DNA from: Balanoglossus misakiensis
Lineage: Eukaryota > Animalia > Hemichordata
NCBI GenBank assembly: GCA_040954595.2
Contig: CM082591.2
Location: forward strand, 396,518-460,517
Reading direction: 5' to 3'
Length of the DNA: 64,000 nucleotides
The notes beneath the pieces are model-generated. The model worked only from the letters and a program-made list of their open reading frames with translations. It was not told the DNA's origin and made no database searches. Made by a program: the position numbers and the translations under genes. This document shows, piece after piece, positions 57,601 to 64,000 of the stretch. The first letter of the stretch is position 1; every line of letters begins with the position of its first letter.

Positions 57601-59220
57601 GACGTTTACCGGGTGGGAACATCTCTGTGGCCAAAATGAGATTGCTGACCATGCAACCCTGGATGTCGAGATACAGAAAATTGGATGAATGATCATTTAT
57701 ATTGATTTATTCAAAAATACCTTCCTGTTTCAGTCCGCTACCAGTACATAACATACATCCATCCATACATACATACATACCGTACATACATACATACATA
57801 CATACATACATACATACATACATACATACATACATACATACATACATACATGCACTGTATATATACATACCATCAGTCTGCCCACCCATGCAAACCATAC
57901 CATTGATCAATCGTTCAATCTATCCATCCATCTATCCATTCATCCATCCCATCCATATGTATATAAGATAAGCTTACCTGTACCATTACTCCTGTCAGAA
58001 ATCGCAATATACAATATCCAATGTAGGACTGTGTGAACGCAACCACTATTCCAAGAACACTTTCCAGCCAAAGTGAAAGCAAAAATGTGGTTTTCCGACC
58101 AAATTTGTCAGAAACAAATCCAGCCACAAATGCGCCTATCATCACTCCAATCATGAAGATGGATTGTGATAACTGGGCCAGGTAGGCTTCATCACAGACC
58201 AAGTCCCACTGTGAAGAAAGAAGTTACATCATAAATGAAATATCACATTAGACTCAGAGATCAAAACTAACAGTATATTTACATTTTGGCCATTGTCATG
58301 TGTAATAAAAAATATGTCGTTGTTCCTTAATTGTTTCTTTAATTTTGTTGAAATTAGAAATACCAAGACTGTATCATACTGGTACATTGCACACCGGGGT
58401 ATATCCGCCTATTGATTGATTTATTTGAAAGGGCATAAGTGTGACTCTTTGAACAAACAAGACTGGAAGCACCTCCCCTTCTGAACAAACAGACATAGAA
58501 ACTCTGTAAGCAAAGCCTTTCAATCTATACTTGCTTATGTTATCATCTTATCAATAACTCAGTAGACTTGACAAGTGGTGGTTGAACTGTTAGCCAAATT
58601 GAATTTAAACACATGACTGCCATGTTGAAGAGATTAATATCATACCCATGCTGATATCTAAAATTCCTTAAGGTCTTGACGCCTAGGTGTCGATTGCATA
58701 AACAACAATGCTGTATCAACCAACACGTACCCCCTCCATTTTAAGATCAATGGCCTTGAAATGTCTTCAAAGATTGCTTACATATCTAGTTCTCAGACAG
58801 TTTAAATTTCTGCAAAATTGACACCTTTATACCACTTAGACTCTCCACGAAACTTAAAAGCAAGAATAAGTTATCTTGACAAAGACTTACCTCTGTAACT
58901 ATGGTTTCTTCAAAGTAATCCGATTCATAATACCAGCCGTTTGAACATGGCATTGTTGAGTTGTCAACGGACGAATTGACATACATGTAACAATTCTCGT
59001 AGACAAGTCCCTCATCCGTGTCCACGATTGGTATTGTTTTATTTAACGAAGAGTCCTCGTCAAAACTGCAGTAGTATGTCTCAGGAATCCCGGCTTGGAA
59101 GACGATGGACATCATGGGCCAAACACAAAACCATGTCCCAGGGACTGTGATGAGCCAGTAAATTAGAGTCTGGTAAAGACCCCAGTCTCCGATGAGGACC
59201 AGCGCGTCGTCCAGTTCCAT
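54638..59220 (-). CDS. SLC22 / organic cation transporter-like MFS protein, 10 exons, 630 aa
   Basis: Exons 59220-58891, 58208-57978, 57658-57462, 57364-57228, 56991-56661, 56358-56224, 55881-55796, 55581-55461, 55213-55141 and 54889-54638, with consistent phases. Motifs GDWGLYQ, TIVTEWDLVCD, SDKFGRK, TEMFPPGKR, PESMRWL, ELFPTLIR and LPETKDQPMP; long acidic central loop. Confidence 0.95.
57750..57957. repeat. (CATA)n and (CATC)n microsatellites in SLC22 intron 2
   Basis: Direct reading of the sequence. Confidence 0.92.
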
Positions 59221-60863
59221 TTCACTCTTTCAGGGCAGCGCGTTATACGAACACAAAACTAGTAGAATCGACTTGTTGCAGATATCTGCTGCAGTTCAGT
59301 CATACAATGACGTAATCAATGTGTCTATAAATTATATCGTAATCGTTTTCTCAAAATAGTCGCACTTACTTTACCCCTTCTTGATACCACACAAACAAGC
59401 TAGACCACCAAAATTTGACCTATACACACACAAATTTCCTCTTGAAAGTTCTATGTATGACACTACCTTCTGCCTCAGTCAAAAACTTAATCCAAGATTG
59501 TAGGGACTACTAAACTATTGTTAAGACTTCAACGTATGTGTACGTCTAATCTCAAGGATCTTGTGATCCTAGATAAAACATACATACCTATATAACGTTA
59601 CGTATACGTACTTGCTATGACGAGGTCACGAAGGAAATATTATATTGCCAGCTCTATTACACCATAGAGGTATATCTACATGCTTAGATGTCAAAGTGAC
59701 CTCAAAACTAAACCATACATGGAGTGCCTTAGCTGTCACTAATTTGGATGAATTATTGGCAATAGCTGATTTTTATCATAGCTCAGATATTGTCATTTTA
59801 ATACTGGGCCTTGTGCAGTGTCAGTGTAGTCTGAAGGCGCGTCGCATTAACTTTACTTTACAACCTTGTCAAAGTGGTTAATGACCCATCGCTTTGTTTG
59901 GTGCAACCAACACTCAACTCATTGAATTACAACCTAGTAGGTCATATAAATTCACCTTCTGACATGAGAATGCAACAGAGCTGAAGTGTTTTGGTTGCAG
60001 GAATTTGATGTAATGTATTACATGTACATGTACATTAATTAAAGGTATACATCCCTATAATTTACACGTGTCCATACGGTTAAAAAGGCATGGCTATGCA
60101 TGTCTTCAATTGACCATGTGACTCAAACTTTTCGTGTGGCCACCCTGTTAAATCCCTTCAATGTCCAACCACACATGGGGAGTAGGGTGTGTGCACTCTT
60201 TTCAAAATGCATGATATCACTGCCCGGTTGTTATCATTGAGGTCCAACAAAAATGACAAACATGATTACTCATGTGAGCATTAATTGTTCATTGTGTACT
60301 TTTTTCTTTTGCCGTTCTTGCGCATGTGATCAATACCAAGAGTGCGATTATCGATTGAATGCAATTGCTTATTTCCCTTCTCTGTCAGTGAAGTGTGACT
60401 TCAGACTCCGGTTCATAAATACAATCATTGTTAAACTCTTCAGAAAAAAGCTTTCAGGTGAAAAAAAAGCTTCAAGCTAAATTCATATCCATGATGCGAG
60501 TGAGTGTCATAAAATTATACATTAGCGATCCAGCCATGTATAAATGCCAGCCCTGATGTTTCTCCAGAAAACCCATTAGTGCACGTAACCTCCAACATGA
60601 CGTCGTCCTAAGATATATCACACCAGCAGTAACAAATAATCTATTCCCTTTTCTCCAAAATGGCACAATCAGTGTGTGTTCCTTAATTCAAACAACATGT
60701 CTCTACCGTACATGTGTCAAAAACAGATGATGTTTTTTATATCCGCCCTTGGTCATCTCTAAGTTCGACCGAGTATACATATTCAGAAGTTTTTTTTAAG
60801 CATAAACTGGTAGATGACATTGAAAGATCTGATAGCATCGATATCATACATCGTCTGATTATA

Positions 60864-60913
60864 ATCCAGTGGCTATAACTTAGAGTCTATAGACTCTAAG
60901 TTAGCCACAGGAT
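60864..60913. repeat. Isolated ~50-bp palindrome with a perfect 28-bp core
   Basis: TAACTTAGAGTCTATAGACTCTAAGTTA (60876-60903) is self-complementary. The flanks ATCCAGTGGC and GCCACAGGAT extend it with one mismatch and a 2-bp bulge. Confidence 0.9.
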
Positions 60914-63900
60914 ATGTTTTTGAGCAGCAATTGAGTTCGCAATATGATAATTACTGATGACGTCATTGCCATGTATGTTCTTATTGATGGAATTTGTTTT
61001 CGACTTATTGGTATTCATGTATTGCCTATTGATTATTTCTTTATTTTCATATTTAAATACTTTATTGTACCAGTATATTACTAATATTCTAGTTTTCGAC
61101 GTAAGTTTCTATAAAGAGTCCTTTCTTTTTGAACATTCATTTACGAGAAACATATCTACTCCAGAAGCACCCTGTCGTTAGTAATATCCTAGTTTTCTTA
61201 CAGTTATTCACAATTAAGATGCATGATAGTGAATCCCTTTAGCGTGTGTAAAATTAGCCTGCTTGAATGCACACAGCAAGTTGCCAATTTGAAATCACAA
61301 GCGCACCTTTTGGTATTCTTTTAATTGTTCTGTGCGCGATGACCAGTTGTACTGATTCAAACGAAATCAACTAACGCACTCGCACAAATAACCAGAAACA
61401 TGTTGTTTAATTAATTTTTCCCATCATCGTTCCAACCACAGTGATCATCATCAGTTAGCAGTTCTAAAAAGAGCCCTAGACGTATATCATGTATTCATTT
61501 TGTCATTCCCTCTTCTCAGTGTTTATAGTTTTGTCTGTACAAATCATCTTGCACATGGTGTGATCATAAGATAATAGCATCATTAGCGTTCATAGTGCTG
61601 ATAAACATTATAAAATAAAGTCCAGTTGCTGTGGTGTGACAGAATACTTTCCTGCATTCGTCCCCTTCGACAACACTGCAAGGCATTTCAGGCCGCACAT
61701 ATTAACAGTATCAAAGCATTATGTATTAGCAACTTTAGAATGCACATTGCTGGCAGCGTTGTCATTAGTGGGAGTGATTTGAGAATGTGCGCCTGCGTGT
61801 ATTTCCGAGATGACACTTTCACGACTCAATGTACAAGCTTTCGATTAGAGGCACGCACAACAGCAAGACGCGTTTGAATCAACACCGCTTGCGCTCACAA
61901 TGCGAATATTTTGACAGAAAAGAATTATCACCGAGTGATCCATTTGCGGTAAGTGCGGTTGGTATAGGTGAGTTCCACATCTGATGACAATTAACCTAAT
62001 ATTTTATACTAGATAAATGGAAGCAATACAGGAAAAAAAACACAGCTGATAGAATAGGACAAACTAAAGGTTTCATACCTTTCTGTCAACCATCTTCCAT
62101 GAACTTCTCCATAGCATCTGGTCTGATAGATACCCATACAATACCAGTACGTACATGCCTGAGTACCTACATGATTAAAACATGAAGCAGATTCTTGCAT
62201 CAATAAAATGGAAATCATTTTTTTTTAATTGACGTAGGAAAATACTAGAAAATAAATCTTCATTTTCATGCGTGCATTGCTCAATAATATATATACTTTA
62301 AACATTTTCAATTGCTGGGATATCAGCTTTTATGTTAATTCACTGTTTCCTTTCGTCCTTGAAAGTCGAATATCGTAACATAGCCCAAGGGTATGCAGAG
62401 AATGCACATTTCGACAAATTACATTGAACTTAAAATATGTGTTTGCTGTCTTTAAGACTTGAATTTCAATCTACTGAAATCGAAATATGATTGTTATCAG
62501 TCTGCAATTCTTGCAAGGACTGTGCTCGTGGCCACAATCAATGCATCTCGATTGACACAAAAGATGACTTTGCTACTTCTTAATCGGAATACAAAGACAA
62601 TCCATTTGGAAAATTGCAGATGGACGGTCAAACGGGATTCGTCACAGCAAGTTGTTAAAAGCTTTTGGTCACCTCGAGGCTATAGGTTTTATATGCACTA
62701 AGCGATGAGCTGATCGATTTGCCGCGCAGTCAGATTGGAAACGTAATCGATCAGGCTCACCTTGATGTCTTGATGTGATGGTATTGATATGCACACGCAC
62801 AGGGATGGGGGAGAGAGAGTGAGAGAGTGAGGGTATAGTGTAGGTGTGGGGTTTCTCCAGGTGGGTTAATTTGTAGGAAAGCAAGCAAACAAGGACACCT
62901 ATTGATTTCCATGATACCGATTGTTGAAACCTTTTGGATGTGTTGATTCTATTGATATGGATGTCACCCGACAACATTTGATTTGTGATTGATTTTTCGC
63001 ATATCTTTGTTGAATCTGAGGTGGTTTGAAACTCTATTTTAATTACATTTCTCCTAGTACGTATTTTTGTATTTAACTTGCGAGTGATTTTTAGTTTCAT
63101 CAGACCCATCAATTAAGTATTGTACATTAAGAGGAACTTTGTATCTAAAATTATCTGACCAATGTATTGCGCATTATTAGTTAGCATCTTGGTATGTATA
63201 TTGGAAACTCCCTTTTGCATGCTGGAGTACCACAAGATCTTCATAAACTGACCTATTTCTTGTACATTTTAAATTGGATACACTGAGCCACCTGGAAGCC
63301 TAAATTCTAAATTTGCTTTGAATGCCAAGGTATCAGGATCCTCATTCTGTCTTTCGAAACTATCTAACTTTACATTTGTTACCTGCAGCTCAATCTTTAG
63401 ATCACCATGTGCAAAACATGTTAGTTGTTGTATCTTCAATAGAAAATGTACATCAGTTACTGGATATTTGTGAATCGCACGCTAGGAGAAGAATTTTTGC
63501 CTTTTGTTGCCAACTAGCACAAACGGCAACCACAGGAGGTCACAAGGCAACAAGTAGGACACTTATTCTGTGATGTATTTCCGTTCCATCTGTAGAAACC
63601 CTCATCAAATGGGGACTGGGCAGCGTTGGGAAAAATGATTTCAGGTTCAATTACAGCCAAATGATAGAGACACTGAACACATACATGTACACAAGATCTA
63701 TAACGAAAAACAACTGTGAGCCAATTGTTATTCAATGCTATTTCTTTGGTTTCATCATCAAGTTTCGCACAAGATGAATTTCCTGCAAGTACGACTCCCT
63801 ACTGAACGTCTGTATTTCGTGTAATAGTCTCTCTGGGGTTCTTAGGATCTTGCGTGAGGTCACGTGAATCGTCTTGACAGTAGAATTCTGCCGAGGGATA

Positions 63901-64000
63901 AAAGATTGTATTTCCCGCAGATAAGCTTGCTCTGAAGAGAAATGTAGATTCACTTTTACCTACATATAGAAATCAATAAGGCGAACCCCTGGGCAATTTT

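Overview
Eukaryotic (animal) genomic DNA with short GT-AG introns. Gene content and intron layout suggest an invertebrate deuterostome such as a hemichordate, but that is inference. Bases 1-~18,260 are one AT-rich satellite array with layered structure: ~177 near-identical 87-bp monomers (type A) to ~15,400, then 88-bp type-B monomers, then six 176-bp B/C dimers, ending in a fold-back inverted monomer. The many ORFs in the array are artefacts of the 87-bp period. Bases 18.3-30 kb are mostly non-coding: a lone first exon of a Ras-family GTPase pointing into the satellite, a decayed LINE fragment, and a complete non-autonomous Helentron-type element (HINE) carrying a 21-bp minisatellite. Bases 30-59 kb hold seven complete spliced genes, each assembled exon by exon with consistent phases: TXNDC9/PhLP3-like (+), RLIG1/C12orf29 RNA ligase (-), ZC3H11A (+), PIFO (-), GTF2H1 (+), a CYP3-clan P450 (+) and an SLC22 transporter (-). 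The best leads are: (i) a head-to-head RLIG1/ZC3H11A pair on a shared promoter, which mirrors human C12orf29/C12orf50; (ii) the satellite edge architecture; (iii) the HINE carrying a tandem repeat; (iv) an SLC22 lacking the TM11 charge-selectivity residue, placed tail-to-tail with an atypical CYP3. No CRISPR array or prokaryotic system is present.
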